From: Escherichia virus ECH1
Length of the DNA stretch: 46,054 nucleotides
Sequence record: MN164484.2
Strand: one strand, 5' to 3'
The position numbers and the translations under genes were made by a program. Positions 7,750 to 17,200 of this stretch are shown piece after piece; the first letter of the stretch is position 1, and every line of letters begins with the position of its first letter. The notes beneath the pieces were generated by a model. The model saw nothing but the letters and a program-made list of their open reading frames with translations. It did not search any database and was not told where the DNA came from.

Positions 7750-8859
7750 ATGTGTAAGATCCGCTATGACAGTGCAAAGGTAAAGGCCAGATTTGATGAA
7801 AACGGATTCCTGGTTGATACCCCGATTGTTGCGCGCGTCGGGGTGCAAACCTACCACCTTCCAGACGGTACAGAACGCAGAGAATTTAGACCAGCCTCAG
7901 AGGTCTTTAAGCCTGATTCTCTTGCCAGTTATCAGGGTAAGCCAATTACCTTAGGTCATGTGTTTGTTAACTCAGAGAATGCCAAAGAGGTCGTTGTAGG
8001 CGCGGTATCTGGGTCAGCTATGCGTGAGGACTCTAATGTTATTGTTCCTCTAACCGTTTACGACAAGGAATCCATCGAGAAGGCAAAGTCCGGCATTGCT
8101 GGTGAGTTATCAGTAGGTTACTCCACTGTTGATATTGATTCGAAAGGTTGGGGTAGCAATGAAACTGGTGAGTATAAGCTGGACGGAGAATACCATTCAC
8201 AAGATGAAATCCCTTCTGATTGGGTCAGATTCGATGCCCTGCAAACTGAAATCAAAGTAAATCACGTAGCTCTTGTCTATCAGGGCCGCGCTGGAGTAGC
8301 CAAACTTAATTTTGACGCTCAGCAGGAAAACCCGTATACTGGCAGCGTTGATTCTATTAAAGAGGACGTAAAAGAAATGGTTAAGATTAAACTCGACGGT
8401 GCTCAGGAGTTTGAAATTGCTCCCGAAGTCGCCGCACACATTGAAGCAGTTAAGGCCGACTCAGCAAAAGAGAAAGCAAAAGCTGACGCTCTTGAAGCTG
8501 AGCGTGATGCGCTTAAGGCTAAAGTTGATGCAATGCCAGCAGAAATCGAGAAAGCAGTTGCTAAAGCGAAAGCAGACGCAGACGCGCTCGCAGCTTTGGT
8601 TGCTGTTGCTGCTGATGCTGGTGTTAAAGCTGATGGTCTGGATGCTAAAGGCATTAAAGTTGCCTACGTTAAAGAAGTCTCAGGCCTTGATGTTTCGGAT
8701 AAGTCTGACGCGTACATCGACGCAGCGTTCGACATTGCCAAAGAATCTGATAAAATGGCTGAAGTGCGTAAAGCGACTACCGCTTCCGACAAATCTGACA
8801 GCGCCGATGAGCCTAAGAAATTAGACCCGCGTGCTCGTTTAGCTAAAATTAAGAAATAA
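7750..8859 (+). CDS. head maturation protease/scaffold-like protein
   Basis: ATG 7750 with RBS GAGGAG; globular N-terminal half plus Ala/Lys/Glu-rich coiled-coil C-terminal half; lambda C/Nu3-like position. Confidence 0.45.
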   Translation: MCKIRYDSAKVKARFDENGFLVDTPIVARVGVQTYHLPDGTERREFRPASEVFKPDSLASYQGKPITLGHVFVNSENAKEVVVGAVSGSAMREDSNVIVPLTVYDKESIEKAKSGIAGELSVGYSTVDIDSKGWGSNETGEYKLDGEYHSQDEIPSDWVRFDALQTEIKVNHVALVYQGRAGVAKLNFDAQQENPYTGSVDSIKEDVKEMVKIKLDGAQEFEIAPEVAAHIEAVKADSAKEKAKADALEAERDALKAKVDAMPAEIEKAVAKAKADADALAALVAVAADAGVKADGLDAKGIKVAYVKEVSGLDVSDKSDAYIDAAFDIAKESDKMAEVRKATTASDKSDSADEPKKLDPRARLAKIKK

Positions 8860-8871
8860 GGAGTTATAAAC

Positions 8872-9381
8872 ATGGCAATTCGTTCCGTAGCACTGGCTGG
8901 TATGGTTTCTGATACTTCTCTGTATAACATCGACGGCGCTTGTGTAGTTGGTGGCAGCAAAGCAATTCCGGCTGGCACTGTTGTTGGTGTAACGGCTGCT
9001 CAGCCTGTAGATGGACACAAAGTTGTTGGCCTTCCCGCCGTAACTGGCACGGCAGTTAAACCTTATGGTGTTGTTGTTAAATCTCATTACGAGACTCCAG
9101 ATGGCACAGCTCGCGTAAATGAAGCAGTTAACGTAATGACTCATGGTCGCATCTGGGTACGCACCACTCTAGCAGCTGCGCCAGTTTTTGGTAGCAAGGT
9201 TTTCGTAAACGCAAGTGGCGTCGTTGTTGCTGAGGCGGCTACTACTACTTGGGAAACTGGTTTTACATTTGCTGGCGGTTACATCGCAAACACTGGCGCA
9301 GACCCACAAAACCCGAGCGTTGATGGTGCCCTAGTTGAGGTTCAGCTTATCCAATCCGCGGACTCAACCGTTGCAGCATAA
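8872..9381 (+). CDS. putative head decoration/structural protein
   Basis: 169 aa, Gly/Val/Ala-rich beta-type composition; strong RBS AAGGAG; sits between scaffold and major capsid. Confidence 0.4.
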   Translation: MAIRSVALAGMVSDTSLYNIDGACVVGGSKAIPAGTVVGVTAAQPVDGHKVVGLPAVTGTAVKPYGVVVKSHYETPDGTARVNEAVNVMTHGRIWVRTTLAAAPVFGSKVFVNASGVVVAEAATTTWETGFTFAGGYIANTGADPQNPSVDGALVEVQLIQSADSTVAA

Positions 9382-9398
9382 TAGTTAAGACTAAACTA

Positions 9399-9420
9399 AC
9401 CCGCTTCGGCGGGTTTTTTA
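9399..9420 (+). terminator. rho-independent terminator (ACCCGC-TTCG-GCGGGT plus T-run)
   Basis: Same hairpin sequence recurs at 14138-14157. Confidence 0.65.
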
Positions 9421-9504
9421 TTGCCTATCATCTCATCATTGCGTGGTCTAAAAACTCGTGTATAATGAACCCGTAGACACCTAACTGAAAAGGAACAATA
9501 AAGA

Positions 9505-10449
9505 ATGGCCATTAAATTTGATGCAGAACAAGCAAAAATCACCGCTCACCTCGAGCAAATGGGCGTAGAGAAAGCTGATGCCGCTGGTATCTGGACCGTT
9601 AAGCAGCTTACGGCTACTCTGAATCGCGCTTACGAAAAAGAATATGCGGACAACTCCGTTGTTAATATCTTCCCTGTAACCAATGAAATTCCTGGTCACG
9701 CGAAGTATTTCGAATATCCAGAATTTGATGGCGTTGGTATTGCTCAGATTATCGCTGATTACTCTGACGACCTGCCGCTGGTTGATGCTTTCATGACCGA
9801 GAAACAAGGCAAAGTTTTCCGTTTCGGTAACGCATTCCTGATTTCTACCGATGAAATTAAAGCTGGCGCTGCAACTGGTCAGTCTCTATCAACTCGCAAG
9901 CAAGCACTGGCTTTCGAAGCGCACGACAACCTGTTGGATAAACTGGTTTGGTCTGGTTCCACTCCTCACGGTATCGTAAGCGTATTCGATCAGCCTAACA
10001 TCAACAACGTTGTTGCAACGCCAAACTGGAGCGAGCCGCTTAACGCAATCAATGACGTAACCGCGATGATTGATGCAGTTGAGACTTCAACTCATGGTAT
10101 CCATCATGTGACTGATATTCTGCTTCCGGCATCCGCTCGTCGAGTAATGCAGCGCCTGGTTCCGAACACAACCCTGAGCTATGGTGAGTTGTTCACTCGT
10201 AACAACCCTGGCCTGACTATTCGTTTCCTGCAGTTCCTGGATAACTACGATGGCGCAGGTGGTAAAGCCGCTCTGGCGTTTGAGAAAAACCCGCTGAACA
10301 TGTCTATCGAGATTCCAGAAGCTACAAATGTACTTCCTGGTCAACCGAAAGATTTGCACTTTAAGTACCCGGTAACTTCTAAAGCGACAGGTTTGATTGT
10401 TTATCGTCCTCTTACGATGGCTGTAATCAAAGGAATCACCTTCGTGTAA
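9505..10449 (+). CDS. major capsid protein (putative)
   Basis: 314 aa in the expected head-module position, followed by a strong terminator; family not motif-verified. Confidence 0.7.
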   Translation: MAIKFDAEQAKITAHLEQMGVEKADAAGIWTVKQLTATLNRAYEKEYADNSVVNIFPVTNEIPGHAKYFEYPEFDGVGIAQIIADYSDDLPLVDAFMTEKQGKVFRFGNAFLISTDEIKAGAATGQSLSTRKQALAFEAHDNLLDKLVWSGSTPHGIVSVFDQPNINNVVATPNWSEPLNAINDVTAMIDAVETSTHGIHHVTDILLPASARRVMQRLVPNTTLSYGELFTRNNPGLTIRFLQFLDNYDGAGGKAALAFEKNPLNMSIEIPEATNVLPGQPKDLHFKYPVTSKATGLIVYRPLTMAVIKGITFV

Positions 10450-10454
10450 TAAAT

Positions 10455-10477
10455 CGCCCTCCTCGGAGGGCTTTTTT
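10455..10477 (+). terminator. rho-independent terminator (GCCCTCC-TC-GGAGGGC plus T6)
   Basis: Hairpin plus T-run after the capsid gene. Confidence 0.7.
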
Positions 10478-10541
10478 ACGTCTGTACCAAATGGATTTGT
10501 TCGGTTATAATCACTCAATCAGATAAACAAAGGAGAAAAAA

Positions 10542-10787
10542 ATGATTCGTTTAGAACATACAGGCGCTTGCCTTATCGTTTACAAAGGTGAGAAATATTT
10601 ACCTGGCGACGCTTTCGAGGTTGATGTAATTTGTGACGGTCTTAAGCGCTTAATCGCAGAGGGTAAACTCACCATTGAAGGTGATGCTAAAGCAACAAAA
10701 CAGATCGCGCAAGAAGTTGTTAGCAAGAAAAAGCGCAAAGAACCGAAAACCATCTCCGAAGCTGAGACTGGTAACGAGTACAAATAA
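10542..10787 (+). CDS. hypothetical structural protein (81 aa)
   Basis: RBS AAAGGAG; Lys-rich C-terminus. Confidence 0.4.
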   Translation: MIRLEHTGACLIVYKGEKYLPGDAFEVDVICDGLKRLIAEGKLTIEGDAKATKQIAQEVVSKKKRKEPKTISEAETGNEYK

Positions 10788-10828
10788 TAAACAGGGCGCT
10801 TCGGCGTCCTTTATTGTATGGAGCTAAT

Positions 10829-11230
10829 ATGAATGATGCAATTTTGGCGCTTATGCGCTCGCTTGTTCCTGCGCTCAAGGCAGTGGATGACGAATCAATT
10901 AATGTATGGATTGATCTGGCACGTCTATATGTATGCGAAAGCAAGTTTGGAGCAGACAAAGACAAGGCTATCGCGCTTTATGCACTGCACCTGATGCTTT
11001 CTGATGGTGCATTCAAGGGTGAGAGTGAAGGCTTGGAAACATACAGTCGTAGAATGGCAAGCTATGCGCTGAGCGGTGAATTCTCCATCACCTATGATAA
11101 CCAATCAGCAATCCAGGGTGATTTATCATCCTCCTCCTGGGGCCGTATGTACAAAGCACTGCTCCGCAAGAAAGGTGGCGGCTTTGGATTGATTACTTCC
11201 GCTGGTGTCGGTGGGTGCGGTTGCCGATGA
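10829..11230 (+). CDS. head-tail connector/adaptor protein (putative)
   Basis: ATG 10829 preferred over the upstream TTG; position between capsid and tail genes. Confidence 0.4.
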   Translation: MNDAILALMRSLVPALKAVDDESINVWIDLARLYVCESKFGADKDKAIALYALHLMLSDGAFKGESEGLETYSRRMASYALSGEFSITYDNQSAIQGDLSSSSWGRMYKALLRKKGGGFGLITSAGVGGCGCR

Positions 11231-11598
11231 ACTACAACGAAATCGAATCAATTACTCGCGCTGGCATTAACTTCTTTAGTGATGCCAATGGCGTTTACGA
11301 GATGAGCACTGGTGCTGGATATGTTGAAATCGTTAATGGCATTGAAGTAGACGTTCCAGCGCAAACATTACAACTAAAAGGCTTAGTGCGAGAAATAAAG
11401 ACGCGCGATATCGATGGTGAGTTTATCCAGTTTGGCGATAAGCGCGGAATCTTCACGTCCCAGGTTGAAATTAAGCAGGGTTATCAGATTAAAGTCGATG
11501 GCGAGACTTTTGTTGTTGTTGACCCGCGCCCAGTTAAACCAACCGGCACAGTCGTTGGTTATAGGCCGATTCTTCGTAGGGTGGCTACTTATGGCTAG
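11215..11598 (+). CDS. head-tail joining protein (putative)
   Basis: 127 aa, overlapping start/stop with neighbours. Confidence 0.4.
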   Translation: MRLPMNYNEIESITRAGINFFSDANGVYEMSTGAGYVEIVNGIEVDVPAQTLQLKGLVREIKTRDIDGEFIQFGDKRGIFTSQVEIKQGYQIKVDGETFVVVDPRPVKPTGTVVGYRPILRRVATYG

Positions 11599-12028
11599 AA
11601 ATATTGGAAGCGTGGCTACTTTTGAGAAATCTATTGCTGACTGGATTAACAGAGCAGATAAGGGATTTGAAATTGTAGTCGCCAACACGGTTACCAAGAC
11701 AGCCAACGCAATTGTGGACTTATCCCCGGTCGATACTGGTAGGTTCAAGGCTAACTGGCAAATCACCGCAAACTCACCAGCTCAGCAATCACTGAATGAG
11801 TACGATCAGACTGGTGGGCAGACAAAAACATATCTCGCCAGACAGGCTAGAGCGGTCGCTAACTCAAAAGCTACGAGTGTTATTTATATAACCAACCGAC
11901 TTGATTACGCAGCAGATCTTGAGTACGGAGCTTCAAATCAGGCTCCAGCTGGCGTTTTGGGAGTGGTGCAAGCAAGGTTGGGCAGGTATTTCCAGGAAGC
12001 GGTAGAGGAGGCTCGTCATGCAATATGA
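11591..12028 (+). CDS. tail completion/neck protein (putative)
   Basis: ATG at 11591 overlaps the upstream stop; the longer 11414 start is rejected. Confidence 0.4.
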   Translation: MARNIGSVATFEKSIADWINRADKGFEIVVANTVTKTANAIVDLSPVDTGRFKANWQITANSPAQQSLNEYDQTGGQTKTYLARQARAVANSKATSVIYITNRLDYAADLEYGASNQAPAGVLGVVQARLGRYFQEAVEEARHAI

Positions 12029-12419
12029 ATTATCATTAGCAGCAAGGAAATTCGTCGACGATTTGTTGGTAAATGAATTTCCGGTCAGGTATCCAGTTGC
12101 GTGGGAGAATTGTGAGTTTAAACCCCCTGCCGATGGCTCAATCTGGCTTAAGTACGACTACACGGAAGTTGACACCGTAACTTACGGATTAAGCAGGAAG
12201 TGCAAATACTATGTAGGCATGGTGCAGGTTTCTGTTTTCTTCAGTCCTGGAACTGGAATTGACAGGCCGAGACGGATTGCTAATCAATTGGCAGAATCTA
12301 TCGTTGATGGTACAATGCTTGATAGCGGGACCATTTATGAGTCTGGAGTTGTTAACCCGGTTATCAAATCCAAGTCTGGGTGGTTTATCCCGGTTCGTTT
12401 TTATGTTCGTCTAGACTAA
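12018..12419 (+). CDS. tail terminator-like protein (putative)
   Basis: 133 aa immediately upstream of the major tail gene. Confidence 0.4.
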   Translation: MQYELSLAARKFVDDLLVNEFPVRYPVAWENCEFKPPADGSIWLKYDYTEVDTVTYGLSRKCKYYVGMVQVSVFFSPGTGIDRPRRIANQLAESIVDGTMLDSGTIYESGVVNPVIKSKSGWFIPVRFYVRLD

Positions 12420-12434
12420 CAAAAGGAAAAATAT

Positions 12435-13091
12435 ATGGCCCATCTTAGTAATGGAACTCAAGTGTTCGTTGAAGGTTCTCGTGGCGACGCTGTTGCAGTT
12501 ACAGCAATCTCTAACGCAGCAAGCCCTGTTCTAACTGTAGATGACGCATCTGGTATCGCGGCTGGTGATTACCTGCTGTTTACCGCGTCTGCTTCCACCC
12601 TTCTTGCTGACAAGCAGGTTCGAGTTACCTCAGTTACTGGCACGTCAATCACTGTAGAAGGTATCGATACTTCTAATACCACTAAATTCCCGGCTGGTTT
12701 GACTGGTGAAGTGGTTAAGATTCTTTCATGGTTCGAAGTTCCGTGCGTTCAGGACGTATCTACTGACGGCGGCGAGCAGCAGTTCGTTAACTTCCAGTGT
12801 CTTTCTGATGACCGTGAACAGCAGATTCCGACTTATAAATCTGCCGTAACAAACACCTTTACCTTTGCTCACGAGTACACCAACCCGGTTTATCCGGTTC
12901 TGCGTAACTACGATGAGTCTGGCCAGGTTGTTGCGATTCGCCTGTTCGTACCTCGCGCTCAGGAAATGCGCTTGCAGTCCGGCACTATCGCTTTCAACGA
13001 CACGCCAACAATTGGTGTTAACGAAATCGAAACGGTATCTATCGCTGTATCCATTCGTGGTCGCTTGTCCTCCGTGGCAGCTGAAGTTTAA
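12435..13091 (+). CDS. major tail (tube) protein (putative)
   Basis: 218 aa, Thr/Ser/Val-rich; position before the chaperone pair; terminator follows. Confidence 0.6.
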   Translation: MAHLSNGTQVFVEGSRGDAVAVTAISNAASPVLTVDDASGIAAGDYLLFTASASTLLADKQVRVTSVTGTSITVEGIDTSNTTKFPAGLTGEVVKILSWFEVPCVQDVSTDGGEQQFVNFQCLSDDREQQIPTYKSAVTNTFTFAHEYTNPVYPVLRNYDESGQVVAIRLFVPRAQEMRLQSGTIAFNDTPTIGVNEIETVSIAVSIRGRLSSVAAEV

Positions 13092-13099
13092 AACACAAA

Positions 13100-13124
13100 C
13101 CCTCTTCGGAGGGAATTTTTTATT
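13100..13124 (+). terminator. rho-independent terminator (CCCTC-TTCG-GAGGG plus AATTTTTTATT)
   Basis: Hairpin plus T-rich run. Confidence 0.55.
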
Positions 13125-13169
13125 GATAGCACTTTTTGTTAAAGACTAAAAATCAAAATGCTGTATAGT
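13125..13169 (+). promoter_or_regulatory. conserved promoter-like cassette (GATAGCACTTTTTGTTAAA, 20 nt, TATAGT)
   Basis: Motif 13125-13143; TATAGT 13164-13169; leader ATCATCGAAACGAAATGAG; ATG 13202. Confidence 0.5.
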
Positions 13170-13201
13170 TAAATCATCGAAACGAAATGAGAAATTAAGA
13201 A

Positions 13202-13468
13202 ATGAATAGTAAGTTAGAAGTATTATCCGCACTTCGCGGCCCTATTTGTGTAGCTGCGCTGGTTGCCTTTTATGCAGCAGTTCAGATTATCAACCCAACA
13301 AGAGCGGAAACAGCAAACTCTGACGCGGCAAAATACAATTCGGTTTTCTCTGAGCACAAGGCAATCTGCGAGAAGGCTTCTGGTAGCAAGATTGAGCAGG
13401 TTCTGAAGTATGGCAAGGAAATCTGCGTAGATATCGCGCACGACATTGCAAAAGAAAGCACTAAGTAA
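13202..13468 (+). CDS. moron: small secreted/membrane protein (88 aa, four Cys)
   Basis: N-terminal hydrophobic segment ICVAALVAFYAAVQII; own promoter-like cassette; sits between tail tube and chaperone genes. Confidence 0.45.
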   Translation: MNSKLEVLSALRGPICVAALVAFYAAVQIINPTRAETANSDAAKYNSVFSEHKAICEKASGSKIEQVLKYGKEICVDIAHDIAKESTK

Positions 13469-13504
13469 TACAATAATCAAACACTAAAAAAGAGGATTAA
13501 CGAG

Positions 13505-13819
13505 ATGGCAAAGTTCAAACTTTCACTAGCGGCACTACCTGACTTTAAACTGCCTGTAAAATTCAAGCTAGCTAACGACCAGGATGTAGAGGTTATGTTC
13601 ACAGTTAAGCACAAGAAAACTTCTGAACTGCAGGAGTTGCTTAACAAGGAAAACCTGAGCACTAAAGAGCTTATTATGGCAATTGCCTCTGATTGGGATT
13701 TAGAGGAAGAGTACAATGAGGAAAACGTTAATGAGTTCTCCGATCTGTTCCCGACTTCAACCGTTGCTTTGACTACTGCTTACATGCAGGCACTGGCGGG
13801 TCAGCGAGTAAAAAACTAA
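13505..13819 (+). CDS. tail assembly chaperone (gpG-like)
   Basis: 104 aa acidic protein just upstream of the tape measure; ends in slippery heptamer A AAA AAC. Confidence 0.65.
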   Translation: MAKFKLSLAALPDFKLPVKFKLANDQDVEVMFTVKHKKTSELQELLNKENLSTKELIMAIASDWDLEEEYNEENVNEFSDLFPTSTVALTTAYMQALAGQRVKN

Positions 13820-14139
13820 AGAGGGCGATGTATCTACAGTACCAGTCAGAGCCAACTGATGCCGAGCTGGAAGCTATTGGGATGCGCCGCTCTGATTACG
13901 AAGATGAAGAGCCCGAGGTTTTACACTTCGACGAGAACATGATGAAGGCTTGGGACATTTATTGTTCAATGGCTACACAATGGAGAGTCGGAGCTAACGG
14001 AGCTACAGGGCTAGATTACAACGTGCTAAATTTCCTCTTTAGAGTGTATAATGTTTCTGAAGAAGAATTGGTGCTCAGCGATTTACGCATCCTTGAAGCT
14101 AAGGCTCTTGAGATGATGGATAACCTGAGAAAAAAATAA
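13505..14139 (+). CDS. tail assembly chaperone G-T fusion via programmed -1 frameshift at 13810-13816
   Basis: Canonical X XXY YYZ heptamer A AAA AAC in the zero frame; the -1 frame is open and in phase with ORF 13828-14139. Confidence 0.6.
13828..14139 (+). CDS. gpT-like chaperone extension ORF (103 aa; may also be translated from its own ATG)
   Basis: ATG with RBS GAGGG; in phase with the -1 frame of the upstream chaperone. Confidence 0.5.
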   Translation: MYLQYQSEPTDAELEAIGMRRSDYEDEEPEVLHFDENMMKAWDIYCSMATQWRVGANGATGLDYNVLNFLFRVYNVSEEELVLSDLRILEAKALEMMDNLRKK

Positions 14140-14160
14140 CCCGCTTCGGCGGGTTTTCTA
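14138..14160 (+). terminator. rho-independent terminator (AACCCGC-TTCG-GCGGGTT plus T-run)
   Basis: Hairpin identical to the one at 9399-9420. Confidence 0.6.
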
Positions 14161-14174
14161 TTATGGAGGCTTAG

Positions 14175-17162
14175 ATGGCAACAAATGAATTAGCCGGAAT
14201 CACACTAGCCGTAGATGTCTCGCAAGTAGACAGGGGCACGCAATCCCTGCAAAAGTTCAGGCAGGCAAACCAGCAAGCCGCTTCCGGAATTAGTGAATTC
14301 GTCAATGCTGAGCAGGTCGCAAAAGACCAAGCCAGAGACACGGCTCGCGCACTGGCTGAACAGCAAGCATCTTTAGCTAAATTGCAAACAGCTATTGACC
14401 CAACTGCGGCAAAGTTCCGTAAGCTGCAAGAGGCTGCTGTAGGTCTGGATAAGGCTTTCGCGGCTGGCGTAGTTCCTGATGAGGAGTTTTTCCGGTTAGG
14501 TGAGGCACTTGAAACTCAGAACGCAAAACTTGCTCGTTCACGTGCTGCGCTAACTGAAGAGGGAAGGGCTGCGGCGCAGGCTGCAAAGGATAAGGCAAAA
14601 GCAAAGGCTGAAGCTGACAGGTTCATTGCATCACTTGAGCGACAGGCTCAAGCGGCAACATTGACGCGTGAGGAGTACTTGAAGTTACAGGCTGCTCAGC
14701 TTGGCGTAAGCTCTCAGGCTGCACCCATCATTGACAGAATCGCCGACGCATCACAGAAGGCAAGCACCCAGTTAATCGCTCAGAGCAAGGCTTTTCAGCG
14801 CTCTGGCTTAAGCGCAGGTCAATACAAGAATGCCATATCTCAACTACCAGCGCAGATTACTGATATTGGCACGTCGCTTGCTGGAGGCATTCCGATTTGG
14901 CTTATTGCAATTCAGCAGGGTGGGCAGATCAAGGATGCATTTGGCGGTATTGGTAACACCTTTAGATTCGCGCTTGCAGCCTTAAACCCATTTAATGTAG
15001 CTGTTGGTGTTTTGGGTGGCGCACTTATTGCTCTTGGTGTTGGTGCAGCTCAGGCTGAAAGTGAATTCAGAGCATTAAACTCCGCAATTGCTTTCTCCAA
15101 CAACTCTACAATCGCATCAATCTCGCAGGTTAGAGAGTTGGTTAGCTCTGTTTCTGATGCAACAGGTGCTACCAGAGGACTTGTGACTAGCATCGCAACA
15201 AGCCTTATTGAGCAAGGGAACCTTACGCTGACGCAGATTGACAAGATTACTAAATCGACCGCAAGATGGGCGCAGTTGACAGGTAAGGATGCGAAGGAGA
15301 TTACTGGTTACTATAACCAGATTGCAAGCGACCCAATCCAGGGTTTAGTTGATTTGGATAAGCGCTTTAACTTCCTCACACAGGGGCAGTTGACGACAAT
15401 CGAAAACCTGAGAAAGACAAAGGGAGAAGTTGAGGCCGTTACTGCTGCGATTGATATTTTCAGCAAGTCTCAGGAAGCCAACCTTAACGACATAGCTGCG
15501 CAGTTAACTCCGCTTGAGCTAGCCTGGAATGATTTCAGAAAGTACATCTCTGATATCTGGGATGCAATTAGTCGTAGAACGGTCGGGGCGCTGAACCTAT
15601 TTGTTGACGTAATCGCCGGAACGATTGAACAGATCAGGGTATTCATTAACCAGGGTGATGTTCTGATTGGTGAATTCGTAATTAGCGCAACTCAGGCATT
15701 GCAGAACATTCCTGGTCTTGATGGCGTTGGTGATGATGTTATCAAGGGGCAGCAGAAGATTATCGATGCCGCCAAGAAGCAAAACCTTGAGCTAGAGAAG
15801 TCTATCAAGGAGCGAGATGCCAGAATCAGAGAGGGAGAGCTTGGTTACGTTACTCGCAGAGAAAATCAGAATACCAATGAGCAGTCAGGTACTGATGAGG
15901 AATTTGCAAAAAGGAAGAAGGCGCTTCAGGATGAGCTTGATGCGATCAAGAAGAACAGGAAAGAAGAAAATAGTAGGGTTAAGGAGCAAAGAGATTTAAC
16001 AATTGGTTATGAATCTGGCGTTCTGGCGCTTCAGGCTCAACTCAAGGTGCTTCAGGAAAACAGGGATATTGGCGCAGTAATAAGCAATGAGCGCAAACAG
16101 TATCTTCAGGAGGAGGCCAAATTCAGGATTCTTGAGCAGAGACAACTTGATGGCTCAATTACCAAAGAGCAAGCAAGACTTCTCATTGAAAAGGATAAAG
16201 TTCTTGAGTTAGCCAGACAGAAGGCTGAGCTAGGTGATCAGATTGTTTTGCAGGAGCGAGCTAATAAGTTAGCTGAAGATAACCGCAAGAAGATTCTTCA
16301 GATTAACAATGAGGCAAGTAACATTGATTTGGGTGCTGGTTTATCATCTCGCGAGCAGCAGAGAGCAAAAGAGATTCAGGCTCTTCAATCCAATCAGGTT
16401 AATGCTGGTGGTTCTGTTGATGATGTTGATTTTCAGCAACTTCTCGAAGCAAGAAAGAAATGCTATGCTCAGGAGGATGCGCATACGTGCAACTGGCTCG
16501 CTGGCGTAACAACAAATCTTGCTACCTGGGCTCAGAGCGCGACGGAATGCACTCAAATTGCTGGAAGTTTCACCACGACAGTCTTTGAAGGTATTACAGA
16601 CCAGATTACAAACCTTGTATCCACTGGTGAGACGAACTTCAGGGATTTTACTGTTAGCATCCTTAAGCAGATTGCTAAGATTGCAACCCAGCTTCTTTTT
16701 GTTAAGGCTATTGAGTCTAGCTTATGTAGCTTCGGTGGTGGTGGCGCTAATGCATTTGGTTCGATTGCATCTGGTTTTGGGTTCGCTACCGGCGGTTACA
16801 CTGGGGATGGTGGGAAGTATCAGCCAGCCGGTACGCTGCATCGTGGAGAGTTTGTATTCACAAAAGAAGCGACAAGCCGAATTGGTGTTAAGAACCTTTA
16901 CGCACTGATGAAAGGTTACGCAAACGGCGGAGCGGTTGGTGGTCCATCTGGTTATTCTGGTGGTGGTTTGGTTTCTGGAGGATCAGATGTTAATGTTAGC
17001 GGTATCACTGTTAACGTTAATGGTGGCGTTGGTAGCGACCCAGAGCAAGCAAAGGCGTTGCAAAACGGCGTTAAGGCCATCGTAGCGGAAGAGATTGCGC
17101 AGTCTTTCCAGCAGGGTGGGCGTGCTTATGCTTACCTTCGCGGATTCAACTACTACCACTAA
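14175..17162 (+). CDS. tail tape measure protein
   Basis: 995 aa, coiled-coil Ala/Gln/Lys-rich, hydrophobic central segments, Gly-rich C-terminus; position after chaperones. Confidence 0.9.
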   Translation: MATNELAGITLAVDVSQVDRGTQSLQKFRQANQQAASGISEFVNAEQVAKDQARDTARALAEQQASLAKLQTAIDPTAAKFRKLQEAAVGLDKAFAAGVVPDEEFFRLGEALETQNAKLARSRAALTEEGRAAAQAAKDKAKAKAEADRFIASLERQAQAATLTREEYLKLQAAQLGVSSQAAPIIDRIADASQKASTQLIAQSKAFQRSGLSAGQYKNAISQLPAQITDIGTSLAGGIPIWLIAIQQGGQIKDAFGGIGNTFRFALAALNPFNVAVGVLGGALIALGVGAAQAESEFRALNSAIAFSNNSTIASISQVRELVSSVSDATGATRGLVTSIATSLIEQGNLTLTQIDKITKSTARWAQLTGKDAKEITGYYNQIASDPIQGLVDLDKRFNFLTQGQLTTIENLRKTKGEVEAVTAAIDIFSKSQEANLNDIAAQLTPLELAWNDFRKYISDIWDAISRRTVGALNLFVDVIAGTIEQIRVFINQGDVLIGEFVISATQALQNIPGLDGVGDDVIKGQQKIIDAAKKQNLELEKSIKERDARIREGELGYVTRRENQNTNEQSGTDEEFAKRKKALQDELDAIKKNRKEENSRVKEQRDLTIGYESGVLALQAQLKVLQENRDIGAVISNERKQYLQEEAKFRILEQRQLDGSITKEQARLLIEKDKVLELARQKAELGDQIVLQERANKLAEDNRKKILQINNEASNIDLGAGLSSREQQRAKEIQALQSNQVNAGGSVDDVDFQQLLEARKKCYAQEDAHTCNWLAGVTTNLATWAQSATECTQIAGSFTTTVFEGITDQITNLVSTGETNFRDFTVSILKQIAKIATQLLFVKAIESSLCSFGGGGANAFGSIASGFGFATGGYTGDGGKYQPAGTLHRGEFVFTKEATSRIGVKNLYALMKGYANGGAVGGPSGYSGGGLVSGGSDVNVSGITVNVNGGVGSDPEQAKALQNGVKAIVAEEIAQSFQQGGRAYAYLRGFNYYH

Positions 17163-17200
17163 ATGGTAAAGCCAAAAGGATTTGGCTTGCTATCATCAAC

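Noticed and set aside
8399-8824. Overlapping plus-strand ORF (141 aa) and minus-strand Ala-rich ORF (8403-8654) inside the scaffold gene
   Set aside because: Alternate-frame readings of a GC-rich low-complexity repeat region; the composition is artefactual and there are no start signals
11414-12028. Long 204-aa version of the tail completion ORF
   Set aside because: Its first 59 codons overlap the upstream gene in another frame; the ATG at 11591 overlapping the upstream stop is the more plausible start
16309-16908. ORFs nested in and antisense to the tape measure gene (16309-16509, 16344-16556, 16519-16908)
   Set aside because: Embedded in a long well-supported gene; typical frame shadows
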